A stretch of DNA of 40,333 bases from a virus (IMGVR_UViG_3300048881_000483:1-40333), one strand, 5' to 3'. Positions 9,663 to 18,660 are shown, numbered from the stretch's first letter. Notes: generated from the sequence alone by a model not told the origin. Made by a program: numbers and translations.

Positions 9663-10185
9663 TTTACTGCCAGAAACTCAAGCGGCTTTATCTGCGGGCT
9701 CTGCCATTATTTATTCATTGGTGGAAATTCGCACGCCTACGCCGATTCTTGCCACGGATGCACACCGTAAAATTGAGTATGCGGGAGAGGTTTACCGAAC
9801 AGATACAGGGATGGGTAAGCTACCACGTATAACGCAAGAGTTTTCATTAAGTGCGGGTACGATTTCACTGGTATTTTCTGATGCCGACGATGGGTATTTG
9901 GCCAGTGCGCAGGCCGCAGAATTTTATAATTCTCAATTAGATATTCATTTTGCTGTGTTGAGTTTGGATGACGATTCGGTGTTGCAGGTTATACCGTCGG
10001 TTGCGCGGGGGTATTTGCATAAGCCTGAACCATTGCGCAAGCAAATGAAATTGGTGTTTAAAAATCACATGTTTAAGTTTGATAAAACCGCAGGCCGACG
10101 CACGAACAGTGAAAGCCAGCAACGCTTTTTTGCGGATGATATGGCGTTTGAAAACATAACGAATGCAGCGTCGGGGGCTGAATAA
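9655..10185 (+). CDS. Minor tail / baseplate hub N-terminal-like protein
   Basis: GRRTN.ESQQRFF.DD.AFE motif common in siphovirus tail-tip genes. Confidence 0.65.
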   Translation: MRNLLPETQAALSAGSAIIYSLVEIRTPTPILATDAHRKIEYAGEVYRTDTGMGKLPRITQEFSLSAGTISLVFSDADDGYLASAQAAEFYNSQLDIHFAVLSLDDDSVLQVIPSVARGYLHKPEPLRKQMKLVFKNHMFKFDKTAGRRTNSESQQRFFADDMAFENITNAASGAE

Positions 10186-13100
10186 TGTTAGGTAAATTAT
10201 TAGATAGCGTTGTTGGCAATGGCTTAAATGCAATCGGAATTAATAAAAAAGAAAATCGAAATAAATTTACCGCTGGTAGTCCGTCGGTGGTGAATGCTGT
10301 GCCTGTGGTTTATGGGCGACCTGGTTGGGTGGTGGCGTCGTCTTTTATCGTGGGCCACAAGGTGGAAAATTGGCAGCAAGTTAATGAGTCGGTTGATTAT
10401 AATCGTGTCTCGGTTTATCACGTTTGTAGTGAGGGATTAACTCGCACACCAGAAGCCATTAAAATTGAAGGCCATTTAGCCTCTTATAGTCATAAGTATT
10501 CGCTTGAGCAAGCGACTTTAATTGGTGGTGAACCTAGTGGGGCCTATTTAAACGGTACTTCAGGATATTACTTTAATGGCTGGCCTACTGGGGGGATGGT
10601 TAGTGAACGCTTGGATACGACCCGTGCGCAATATGGTGATGCGGATTGGCCATATAGTTTTAAATCACTGAGTGTTTATGTCTCGAACCACAATACCGAG
10701 AATACAGCGGATCGTTATATAAACGCTATACCTCAAGCAGAGTTCTTGCCTAATGGTATTGCGTTGCACGATCCTCGAATTGCGTTTAATACGACAGACT
10801 CGTTTGTTTATTCTGTACCTGGTGATGGGGTTAGTTATAACGATGCTGAAATTCGTGCGCTATTACCTAAAAGTGAAATTGGTGGCGTTGCTCGGGGTTG
10901 GTATTCTGCCAATGTTCAGGACTCTATGTGGCGTGGTTCGAGTGTTTATAATCATTCGGTTTTGTATAACGATCGTAATCAACTGGGTGACTCGCCTGAT
11001 AACAATAACGCACTGGTTGTATTGGATTATTTGGTCTCTGATATTTATGGGGCCGGCATTCCTATTGCTGATAATTCCTTAGCGCATATTTCGTTAGCGG
11101 CTGATTATTGTGATGCGCTGGCACCCACGTATTCAGGTGGGCCAACTCAAGCGCAAATGGCGTGTAATTTGGTGATTAATACTGAAGACAAGTTGCGCGA
11201 TAATTTAGAAAAAATACTAAAAACGTGTCGTGGTTTATTGGGCTGGGTGGATGGTCAATATCAGTTGCACATTCCTCGTGCAGGTATTGCGGTGGCGGGT
11301 GAGTTAAAAAACAATATTTTAAAGCGTCGCTCGTTAAGTTTGGGTGATAAATCTAAGCGCTTGAATCGTATTGTTGCGACTTATATTGAACCTAACAAAG
11401 GGTATAAAGAAAACCAGCTTGTATATCCGCCTGTGGGCTCTGCGGAAGATACGCAGTGGCGCATTGTTGAAGATGGTGAAGCACTAAACGAAATAGAATT
11501 AAACCTAGAAGGCTGTACCAATGCCTATCAAGCGGCCGACTTGTGCGCAGTCATGATTCGCGAATCACGGGCATCTATCACGGCTGAGTATGAATTGGAT
11601 TTGTCGGGGTTGAAATATACGCTGGGTGATGTGGTACGCATTACAGACCCTGATGGCGCATTTACCGATAAGTTATTTTTTATTCGTAAGTGGGAATACG
11701 ATCATACTAGCCGCAAGGTATTTATTGGTGTGTCTGAGTATGCCGATTCTATCTATGATGTGTTGGCGCATCCTGTTTTAGAACGCCCAATTGGTGATGT
11801 GATTGCCCTTGATCCGTTAATTATTCCTGCGGTTACTGGGTTGAGTTTTGCTGCTTCAACTTATAACAAACAGGTTATTGGCCGATTAAGCTGGGCGACA
11901 GTGAATCATGGTTTGGTCGTGGGTTATGAGGTGCGGGCGATTGGGCCAACGGGGGCCATTGCGTGGTCGATTGTTACTAACGGTTTAACTGAGGTTGATG
12001 TGCCGTATTTGCCTGTGGGTGAATACTCGTTAGAGGTTCGGGCGCGTTCAATGTCGGCCTATGGTGATTTCACCGCGTTGTTGATTTTGCATAATACCCC
12101 GTCACCGTCGATGGTGACGGGCTTGCAATTGGCGGGTGGTGAATGGCTGGGGCGTGATGCGCAAGTAGAATGGATTGGTAATAATTCGGCCGCGTTTAAG
12201 CGTTATAAAATTGAAGTCCGTAATGGTGCGGCTGATGTTTTATATTCTGAGTATTCCACGATTCCGCAGTTTGATTTTAGCTTCGATAAAAACGCAATGG
12301 CGGGCTTGGGACGTTCGCATATCATTGCGGTTGCTGTGCAGTTTGATGACGATTCATTAAGTGAGTTTTCAGAATTCACGATTAACAATCCAATGCCAGT
12401 GCCTCCAACAGCAATAGCGACAACAGTGCATCCTAATGATTTGGAACTGGGCTTTGATGTGCTAAACCCTGAGCCTGATTTTGTCGGGGTGGCGGTTGAA
12501 TTTCATAAGGTGGGTGAGGCTTGGCAGCGTTTTGAATTAGAAATTAACGCGCAGGGTTATGCCTTTGATCAATTAGATAGCAGCTCAAATTATGAATTGC
12601 GCTTGGTTAGTCGTGATGCTTTTGGTGATGGGGTGTATTCGTCGATTATTGCGATTAATACCGCTGCACCAATCTTGCCTGCGTCTTTCCATGTTGAACC
12701 TGGTGTAAATTTGGTTTCGCTGGCGATTACGGGTCAGGCGGGTTATGTGGGTTGTGATGTGTGGATACGCAATCGTGATTCTGCACCTGGTGCGGCTTCG
12801 CCTAGCTGGTCGGGTGGTGATAGCTCGGTGACGATTAGCGGCTTGGTTGGTGGTACTGATTACAGTGCTTACTATGCCCCGATTGATAAGAAGGGAGTGC
12901 GTGGGGCGATTGTGCATATTCCGTTCACGTCGACCTTGCTTGAAGAGGTTGATTTAAGTGGGCTTTCGGATTGGGCATTAAAGACCGATCCGATAGATGC
13001 GGCGTGGATTGAGGGGCGGTTGTCTGGGCCAGTGATCGCGTCTGAGCATATTGTCGATTTGAACGTGGCTAAATTAACCGCAGGGATTATTAACGCGACG

Positions 13101-14894
13101 ATTGGTATTGCCTCGGGCGGTTCTATTGAATCCTCTAATGCGGGGTATAAGGCTGGGATTGGGGTTTATGACGATGGCTTAGGCACTATTTACACCCTAA
13201 TGACCGCGAATGGTGCGGGCGATATTAAAGGGGGTTTTACTGCTGACGGTAAGATGATTTCGAAAGATGCTGATATTACTGGGGTTGTGACGATCACGGG
13301 CGGCAGTGGTTATGCGAATATTTCGGATAAGCCGACCTCGTTGGCGGGGGTTAATGCCAGTGAAGGCAGCAAGCTTAGCGGGATTGATGCGGGCGCGGAT
13401 GTTACTAAGGCAGTCATTGAAAGCTCTGTTGAGTTAAGTTCAGGTGGTTTGATTATGACGGGTGATAACGTTGCAATTAAAGCCAGTAAAGCCAGTTTCT
13501 TAGATTCTGCACCTGGTGTTTGGGTGGGTAAATACGGTGGCTTGGCGGGCATTAATGTCGGCCATTCAGACAGTCATTTTAAATTCGATGGTATTAACGA
13601 TATTGATTTTAAAGGCAAGGTGTCTGTCACCTCAGGCTCGACGGGGTTTAATCAGTTTACCGATAAACCTGATGACGCTGATTTACTGAACTACAGCACG
13701 GACGGCAGTTTGTTGCGCATTGCACGGCCTGTTGGTGCAAGCTTGTCTATTAATTCAAGCAATCAAACAGGGGCTATTAAAGTCGCGTTACCTCAAGGCC
13801 GCACAAATACCATGCTGAAATTTACCGTTGATGTATTTAATTACTTAACGGGCAAAACGATTTCTATTGAAATTAGCGGTTATAACTACAGTTATTGGGC
13901 GAGCACTTCGGCTGTAACAGGGGGTGGCTATTCATTACCTGTGCGTTTTGGTTTTGATGGTGCTAAGTGCTGTGTGTGGATTGGTGAAACAAATAGCATT
14001 TGGCAGTATCCTAAAATCAGCGTGCGGGATTTCTCGGCGGGGTTTTCTAATTTTGCTAAATCTCAGTGGGATAGTGGCTGGTCTATCAGTTTGGTGACGG
14101 CATTTCAGACGGTGGATAAAATCTGGACGGATACGCACAGTGATGTAACTAAAACCATAATTGATGGCGGCTTGATCACTACAGGGGCGATTAACCTGGT
14201 GAATGATGTGAGTGCCGGGCATTATGGCAAAGTTCATTCAGGTAAAAACAGCGTGATTGATACGGCCGCTGGATTTTGGTTGGCTTCTACGGCAAATGGA
14301 GGTGAGTTTAATTTAGGGAATGATTTAGAGTATTTGGCGTTTACTGATCGCTTAGCGGTTTCGTCGCCTGAGTTTTCGTTGATTGATGGGCAGGCATCGT
14401 TTAGTGGTTCGATTGCGGCGGCTGATAATCGGTTTAATGTGAGTCGTACGGCGTGGTCGCCTACGTATATGCCAAACGGTACGGATAAGGCAGTTTGTGC
14501 AATCAAAACGGTTGATGTGGGCGTTGCGGGGTTGGCTTCTTATTCTTATGACCAGTATGGAGTATATGGTGAGAGTGAAAATGGTGATGGCGTGCGGGGG
14601 ATTTCGCAAACTAATGATGGTGGTAAGTTTAGTTCTGATACGGGGGCGGCTGGGCGTTTTGAGAATGAATCAGGGATAAGCGGAGTACCCACGGTGATTA
14701 TTAATTCCAAAGATAAAGCAGCACATTTACAGCTAATGACACGGTTAACTCAATTCCCTTATGCGCCAAACGGTTCAATTTGCTTTGGTGGGCCTTCGGA
14801 TGCGACAGCGCGGTTTTTTATGAGGGTAAAAGGTAAGTGGGGTGCGATGCCGTGGGCTGGTCATGTAACTGATGGCAATAATATTCCATCGTAA
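10185..14894 (+). CDS. Tail tip / host-specificity protein (gpJ-like) with FN3-like repeats and a mosaic C-terminal fibre
   Basis: PVVYG; NNALVVLDYL...YGAG; FN3-like YEVRA/YSLEVRA segments; IVDLNVAKLTAG; 1569 aa. Confidence 0.85.
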   Translation: MLGKLLDSVVGNGLNAIGINKKENRNKFTAGSPSVVNAVPVVYGRPGWVVASSFIVGHKVENWQQVNESVDYNRVSVYHVCSEGLTRTPEAIKIEGHLASYSHKYSLEQATLIGGEPSGAYLNGTSGYYFNGWPTGGMVSERLDTTRAQYGDADWPYSFKSLSVYVSNHNTENTADRYINAIPQAEFLPNGIALHDPRIAFNTTDSFVYSVPGDGVSYNDAEIRALLPKSEIGGVARGWYSANVQDSMWRGSSVYNHSVLYNDRNQLGDSPDNNNALVVLDYLVSDIYGAGIPIADNSLAHISLAADYCDALAPTYSGGPTQAQMACNLVINTEDKLRDNLEKILKTCRGLLGWVDGQYQLHIPRAGIAVAGELKNNILKRRSLSLGDKSKRLNRIVATYIEPNKGYKENQLVYPPVGSAEDTQWRIVEDGEALNEIELNLEGCTNAYQAADLCAVMIRESRASITAEYELDLSGLKYTLGDVVRITDPDGAFTDKLFFIRKWEYDHTSRKVFIGVSEYADSIYDVLAHPVLERPIGDVIALDPLIIPAVTGLSFAASTYNKQVIGRLSWATVNHGLVVGYEVRAIGPTGAIAWSIVTNGLTEVDVPYLPVGEYSLEVRARSMSAYGDFTALLILHNTPSPSMVTGLQLAGGEWLGRDAQVEWIGNNSAAFKRYKIEVRNGAADVLYSEYSTIPQFDFSFDKNAMAGLGRSHIIAVAVQFDDDSLSEFSEFTINNPMPVPPTAIATTVHPNDLELGFDVLNPEPDFVGVAVEFHKVGEAWQRFELEINAQGYAFDQLDSSSNYELRLVSRDAFGDGVYSSIIAINTAAPILPASFHVEPGVNLVSLAITGQAGYVGCDVWIRNRDSAPGAASPSWSGGDSSVTISGLVGGTDYSAYYAPIDKKGVRGAIVHIPFTSTLLEEVDLSGLSDWALKTDPIDAAWIEGRLSGPVIASEHIVDLNVAKLTAGIINATIGIASGGSIESSNAGYKAGIGVYDDGLGTIYTLMTANGAGDIKGGFTADGKMISKDADITGVVTITGGSGYANISDKPTSLAGVNASEGSKLSGIDAGADVTKAVIESSVELSSGGLIMTGDNVAIKASKASFLDSAPGVWVGKYGGLAGINVGHSDSHFKFDGINDIDFKGKVSVTSGSTGFNQFTDKPDDADLLNYSTDGSLLRIARPVGASLSINSSNQTGAIKVALPQGRTNTMLKFTVDVFNYLTGKTISIEISGYNYSYWASTSAVTGGGYSLPVRFGFDGAKCCVWIGETNSIWQYPKISVRDFSAGFSNFAKSQWDSGWSISLVTAFQTVDKIWTDTHSDVTKTIIDGGLITTGAINLVNDVSAGHYGKVHSGKNSVIDTAAGFWLASTANGGEFNLGNDLEYLAFTDRLAVSSPEFSLIDGQASFSGSIAAADNRFNVSRTAWSPTYMPNGTDKAVCAIKTVDVGVAGLASYSYDQYGVYGESENGDGVRGISQTNDGGKFSSDTGAAGRFENESGISGVPTVIINSKDKAAHLQLMTRLTQFPYAPNGSICFGGPSDATARFFMRVKGKWGAMPWAGHVTDGNNIPS

Positions 14895-14926
14895 AAGATA
14901 AATTAATTTAATAAATAGGAGGCCGC

Positions 14927-15187
14927 ATGGCTAACGAACAAGAAAATGCAGAGAAAACCAATGAAAGCATGATGGATGAGGGTAATGTGGGTGAGGTTTC
15001 GCAACCTGCTCATGATCCTATGGCGCAAAAACAGCTGGAATTAGAGAATCAGTATAAAAACATTTGCGCACAAGAAATCATGCTTTTAGATCAATCAGAG
15101 AAGATTCAACAGCAGTTGGAGCAAGCGAAAAAACAACGGCAAGCACTAGCGGTGCAGGTTGAAACGCTGCGCTCTATAGCGGCTTAG
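14927..15187 (+). CDS. Small coiled-coil protein, possible tail fibre chaperone
   Basis: Strong RBS AGGAGG; heptad Q/E-rich C-terminus; last gene of the tail operon. Confidence 0.55.
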   Translation: MANEQENAEKTNESMMDEGNVGEVSQPAHDPMAQKQLELENQYKNICAQEIMLLDQSEKIQQQLEQAKKQRQALAVQVETLRSIAA

Positions 15188-15645
15188 CTGCCAATAAAAT
15201 TCTTGTAAAACTCAAAAAATTGGTGCTGGCGCGACAATGGCCAGCCACCAATATCACTCATTAGCTGCACCATATCATCAGTAAAAAAGTTGGCTTTGTG
15301 TTTGTCGAAATGGGCAAACGGGAAAAGTACAGGTTTAACATTTATGATGAGATAACCTGGACTGCCGTTATAGGTTCTCATTAAAACATTCAATTCTGCG
15401 TATGTGGGAGGTGTGCGCCCATAGGTTTTGTCGTCGATGCCTATTTTCTCAAATCGCCTCATCGCTCTATCTGAAAAATGTATATCACTGCCAAGCTCTT
15501 TGGCAATTCTGTTTGCCCGTTTGCGGGCTTCGTCTAGCTTCATTCCTGCGGCTTCTCGCATGGCTCGGAGGTTGTCGCCGTTAGGTAGCTTATTTGATTT
15601 AGGGAATATGATTTTGTTCATGTTCATACTACGTTGCCTGCACAC
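15184..15645 (-). CDS. XRE-family HTH transcriptional regulator (likely start 15627 or 15621)
   Basis: GDNLRAMREAAGM...SDRAMRRFEK...PTYAELNVL...SPGYLI fits HTH_XRE with insertions. Confidence 0.65.
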   Translation of the reverse strand: MCRQRSMNMNKIIFPKSNKLPNGDNLRAMREAAGMKLDEARKRANRIAKELGSDIHFSDRAMRRFEKIGIDDKTYGRTPPTYAELNVLMRTYNGSPGYLIINVKPVLFPFAHFDKHKANFFTDDMVQLMSDIGGWPLSRQHQFFEFYKNFIGS

Positions 15646-15733
15646 CTAGTAATTATGGCTGAATTATTAATTAATGGATTTACCAATAGGAAAACTGGTC
15701 GTTTTGACAGGGGTAAAAATTATTCATGTTTTG

Positions 15734-15765
15734 TGTAAATTTTTTTGGTATGTCAAAAATTTACA
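15734..15765. promoter_or_regulatory. Inverted repeat TGTAAATTTTT-N10-AAAAATTTACA, candidate XRE operator
   Basis: Perfect 11-bp arms in the divergent intergenic region. Confidence 0.45.
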
Positions 15766-15866
15766 TCGTTTTTGATTGAACCATCAGTTCTGGCTAGGCA
15801 AAATGCGCCTGCAATAAGGAATCTTGCTAAGCAAGGAAATTAACAAACAACAAAGGAGCGGCAGTA

Positions 15867-16139
15867 ATGGCGCAGGGAATGTTGGAAAATGCAGTGCCGA
15901 CGGGTACGCCGTCAAAGCCAGAGAAACCGACTGATAAGCCATCTACGGGGGTTCCTACGGGTATGCCTGAGCGTTGGATTACTCAGGTGCAAAATGGTGT
16001 AGTTACCTTGGTTCAATTGATTGCGGCTGATGCTTTCGTTGTGCAGGCTCATGACTTACCCGCAATTGCGGCAAATAGTGATTTTGTAAGTGATGAGCAG
16101 GCAGCAGAGATAGTGCGCGCTATTCAGACGCGTGTTTAA
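15867..16139 (+). CDS. Hypothetical protein with a Pro/Thr-rich N-terminus
   Basis: RBS AAGGAG; candidate promoter TTGAAC(15776)-17-CAAAAT(15799). Confidence 0.65.
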   Translation: MAQGMLENAVPTGTPSKPEKPTDKPSTGVPTGMPERWITQVQNGVVTLVQLIAADAFVVQAHDLPAIAANSDFVSDEQAAEIVRAIQTRV

Positions 16140-16171
16140 GGTTTAACGGCTCGATTATGTTGTACGGGCCG

Positions 16172-16582
16172 TTATTTGAATATCCCTAGCACGTTTATTG
16201 GGTATTGTGGCGCTCTGCCAGTGATAACCAAAAATTGATGCCATAGGCCGTAAGGGGCTTTCTCAGCACCTTTTTTGAAGGCTCTAATTCTACGATCAGA
16301 AGATAAGCCTAATAATATGGCCAGTTTCTTATCTGTGCCGTAATCCTCAAAGGCGGCTTGAAACTGATTAAAATAAGCACGCACTATATCTGGGTGCGGG
16401 GCTTCCCAACCTTTTCCTTTCTCAAGTAAATGGCTGTTACTGTATTCAGTTTCGTCTATCGCTAGCGGCTCTGATATGTGGGGCGCATTTAAATTGTCGT
16501 TTAGCGTTTGGATCGCTTCTTGTGTTGATTGCTCAAGAATAAAAAGCTGTTGATCCTTAATACCTGGTAATTCTATTTTCAT
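16172..16582 (-). CDS. KorC-like HTH repressor
   Basis: GWEAP..D.VR...LA.LLGL..DRRIR.F......PY..W..L resembles IncP KorC. Confidence 0.6.
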   Translation of the reverse strand: MKIELPGIKDQQLFILEQSTQEAIQTLNDNLNAPHISEPLAIDETEYSNSHLLEKGKGWEAPHPDIVRAYFNQFQAAFEDYGTDKKLAILLGLSSDRRIRAFKKGAEKAPYGLWHQFLVITGRAPQYPINVLGIFK

Positions 16583-16602
16583 TTTATGTGCCTTGGTAAA
16601 AG

Positions 16603-16627
16603 GAGAGGGGGATAATTCCCCCCTCTC
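16603..16627 (-). terminator. GC-rich hairpin / probable intrinsic terminator
   Basis: GAGAGGGGG-N7-CCCCCTCTC, followed by a short T run on the minus strand. Confidence 0.55.
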
Positions 16628-16628
16628 T

Positions 16629-16925
16629 TTAGGTCGGCGACAGCTCGATTGATCGAACGTCTGAAACCTTGATGTTAACCAAGCTCAATGTGCCTGTGGC
16701 CAGTGGCTCCCAAACCTTGCTGTTATGCAAATGCATCATCGCGTAGTAAAGGTAATCAGGTAACAGGATGTCAGTTCTGTTGACCTTAATGCCTATGTGT
16801 TCGGGGTTGTATTCCCTAACAGGTTGACCACAAGTTTTTAAAGAGCCTCGACGCACTATCCAGAAATCAGCTTCTTTCAAATTTGTCTTAATGGTTGCTA
16901 CATCGGCAAGTCTCATCTCATTCAC
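16629..16925 (-). CDS. Small protein resembling part of a type I R-M HsdS target recognition domain
   Basis: MRLADVATI at the N-terminus and PDYLYY.M...LATGT...NIKVSDVRSIEL at the C-terminus; RBS GGAG. Confidence 0.6.
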   Translation of the reverse strand: MNEMRLADVATIKTNLKEADFWIVRRGSLKTCGQPVREYNPEHIGIKVNRTDILLPDYLYYAMMHLHNSKVWEPLATGTLSLVNIKVSDVRSIELSPT

Positions 16926-16985
16926 TCCGTGGCATCAACTAGCCTCCTCGTGTATGAGTGGCTCTCTGTGTGCCACCGTGAGATC

Positions 16986-17029
16986 ATAATAGGCGAATTT
17001 CGCCTAGCTGTCTAGGCGAATTTCGCCTA
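16986..17029 (-). promoter_or_regulatory. Two identical 17-bp palindromic operators TAGGCGAATTTCGCCTA (16990-17006, 17013-17029) overlapping promoter TAGACA-17-TATTAT
   Basis: Directly visible; same size and outer bases as the KorC operator TAGGGCA-N3-TGCCCTA. Confidence 0.8.
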
Positions 17030-17129
17030 AATATAAAATTATCGAGTTTTTTTGATTTATTCTGATGTGCTGAGGAGATTTTGCGGTGTGCTTAATATTA
17101 GGGTGTTACTTTAGTGCTCTTAGGGCAGC

Positions 17130-17434
17130 CATAGCGCACCATAACTAAAATAAAGGTGCGCCAATAGTGCGCCATGCAATTAAGTGAATCTTATAACATG
17201 TTGTTTTATAACATGTTTTTATTTAATGCAGCCCTTATCCATCATGGGTGCGGTGGTGAATTTGCGATTCAAGCTATTGCTAGCTTTGCGAGCATCGGCG
17301 GGGCTTGTAGCTGTTTTCATGTTGTCGTGTGCTTGCGTCATTATGTGCTTTTCTAGTGTATTTTGTTACTATGGGTGCGCCAATAGTGCGCCATGAATCG
17401 AGATAAATCTCATGGCGCACTTTCATGGCGCACC
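17130..17434. mobile_element. attP region: dusA-type core (about 17237-17252) flanked by arm-type repeats GTGCGCCA(A/T)
   Basis: 22-bp direct repeat GGTGCGCCAATAGTGCGCCATG at 17155 and 17374; inverted CATGGCGCAC at 17411 and 17424; core reads GCACCCATGATGGAT (APMMD) on the minus strand; adjacent to the integrase. Confidence 0.8.
17219..17341 (-). other. dusA: Replacement 5' end of the host dusA gene (MTQAHDNMKTATSPADARKASNSLNRKFTTAPMMD, then KGCIK-stop in the attP state)
   Basis: RKFTTAPMMD matches the DusA N-terminal motif R.FS.APM(M/L)D; promoter TTGGCG(17383-17378)-17-TACACT(17360-17355) upstream. Confidence 0.7.
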
Positions 17435-17458
17435 TTTGGCAAGATTTGAGTGATTAGC

Positions 17459-18628
17459 ATGGCATCTATTAGACCGCGTACCAATAAAGACGGCAGTATC
17501 TCATATCGTGCTGAGATACGCATTAAGCGGGCAGGAAAGATCGTTTGGCGTGAGTCTGGGTCATTCCCTCGTAAGAAGTTGGCTGAGGTTTGGGCAGGGC
17601 GTAGAGAGCTTGATTTAGCTGAACCTGGTGCACTTGATCGCGCGATCGCTGGGAGAGATGAGGTTTCACTAACGGTCTCTGAATTAATAGATAAATACGT
17701 TGATGTTGTTTTTCCATTAAAGCCATGGGGTCGATCTAAAACAGATACGTTAAAGCAGATTCAAAATGCTGACTTTGGTTTATTGTCGGCTGATTTAGTT
17801 CGTGCGGCCGATATTATTGATCATTGTAAAGCATGGTCTGAGCGTAGTTCGCCTCAAACAGCATTGCAGCATTATGTGTTCATTCGTGGCGTGTTTGGCG
17901 TGGCCAATGAGTTGCTGCGCTGTGAGGTAGATTATTCTCAGGTCGATATTGCCCAGCGTACGATGTCTAAATTAGGGATTATTGCCAAAGGTGATGGTCG
18001 TGATCGTAGGCCGACCATTGAAGAAATGACGGCGATTGTTGAGGAGGCTCATCATCGTAGAATGAAACAGCTGCGGGGTAATGTGGTTCGTACTGATTTG
18101 ATTCCTATGGATAAAGTCTTAGTGTTTACTATGTTCTCAGGTCGTAGGCAGGCTGAGCTTGGGCGCATGTTACGATCGCAAACGGATTACGATCGTCAGC
18201 GGGTGCTGATAACAGATATGAAACATCCTACTAAAAAGATGGGTAATGATATATGGGTATCGGTACCGGATGAGGCGTGGAAGGTGATGCTAACAATGCC
18301 TGTTAACCCAAAATATCCAGATAATTGGTTTCCATACTTTGGTCGGTCGCTGGGTGATCGGTTTAGGCAGTTAATTCGTGATTGTGGTCTGTACAAATCT
18401 AGTGATGATGACGAGAATTTACGTTTTCATGATTTAAGGCATGAGTGTGCGTCATGGTTGTTTGAAAGAAATGGCTATAAAGGACAGTCTTGGGATGTTC
18501 CGCGAGTTGCTGCTGTAACTGGCCATCAGTCTTGGGATTCATTGAAGCGGTATACGCAGATTGAGAATATTGAGCCTAATGATAAATGGGAGGGTTGGGT
18601 TTGGGCTGAGAGAGTCTGTTGCGGGTAG
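17459..18628 (+). CDS. int: Tyrosine integrase, dusA-associated integrase type
   Basis: R (SGRRQAE), K (MKHP), HDLRH, TGH and KRYT catalytic motifs; N-terminus KDGS.SY.A.IRIKR.G..V..ES..F. Confidence 0.92.
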   Translation: MASIRPRTNKDGSISYRAEIRIKRAGKIVWRESGSFPRKKLAEVWAGRRELDLAEPGALDRAIAGRDEVSLTVSELIDKYVDVVFPLKPWGRSKTDTLKQIQNADFGLLSADLVRAADIIDHCKAWSERSSPQTALQHYVFIRGVFGVANELLRCEVDYSQVDIAQRTMSKLGIIAKGDGRDRRPTIEEMTAIVEEAHHRRMKQLRGNVVRTDLIPMDKVLVFTMFSGRRQAELGRMLRSQTDYDRQRVLITDMKHPTKKMGNDIWVSVPDEAWKVMLTMPVNPKYPDNWFPYFGRSLGDRFRQLIRDCGLYKSSDDDENLRFHDLRHECASWLFERNGYKGQSWDVPRVAAVTGHQSWDSLKRYTQIENIEPNDKWEGWVWAERVCCG

Positions 18629-18631
18629 TTT

Positions 18632-18652
18632 GTGCCGCCATAAGGGCGGCAC
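18632..18652. terminator. Hairpin between convergent genes
   Basis: GTGCCGCC-ATAAG-GGCGGCAC. Confidence 0.65.
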
Positions 18653-18660
18653 GCAAGTGG

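Noticed and set aside
12777-13518. 16-bp direct repeat GATTCTGCACCTGGTG at 12777 and 13503
   Set aside because: Both encode DSAPG with preferred codons; one such match is plausible by chance in 40 kb
10185-14894. DGR or shufflon diversification of the tail tip
   Set aside because: No reverse transcriptase, template repeat, invertase or inverted alternative C-termini were seen
16629-16925. Pseudogene remnant of hsdS
   Set aside because: Clean start, RBS, dedicated promoter/operators and downstream hairpin suggest an intact small gene
17174-17396. Plus-strand ORFs of 60 and 70 aa
   Set aside because: They overlap the attP repeats and core, lack an RBS and have implausible composition
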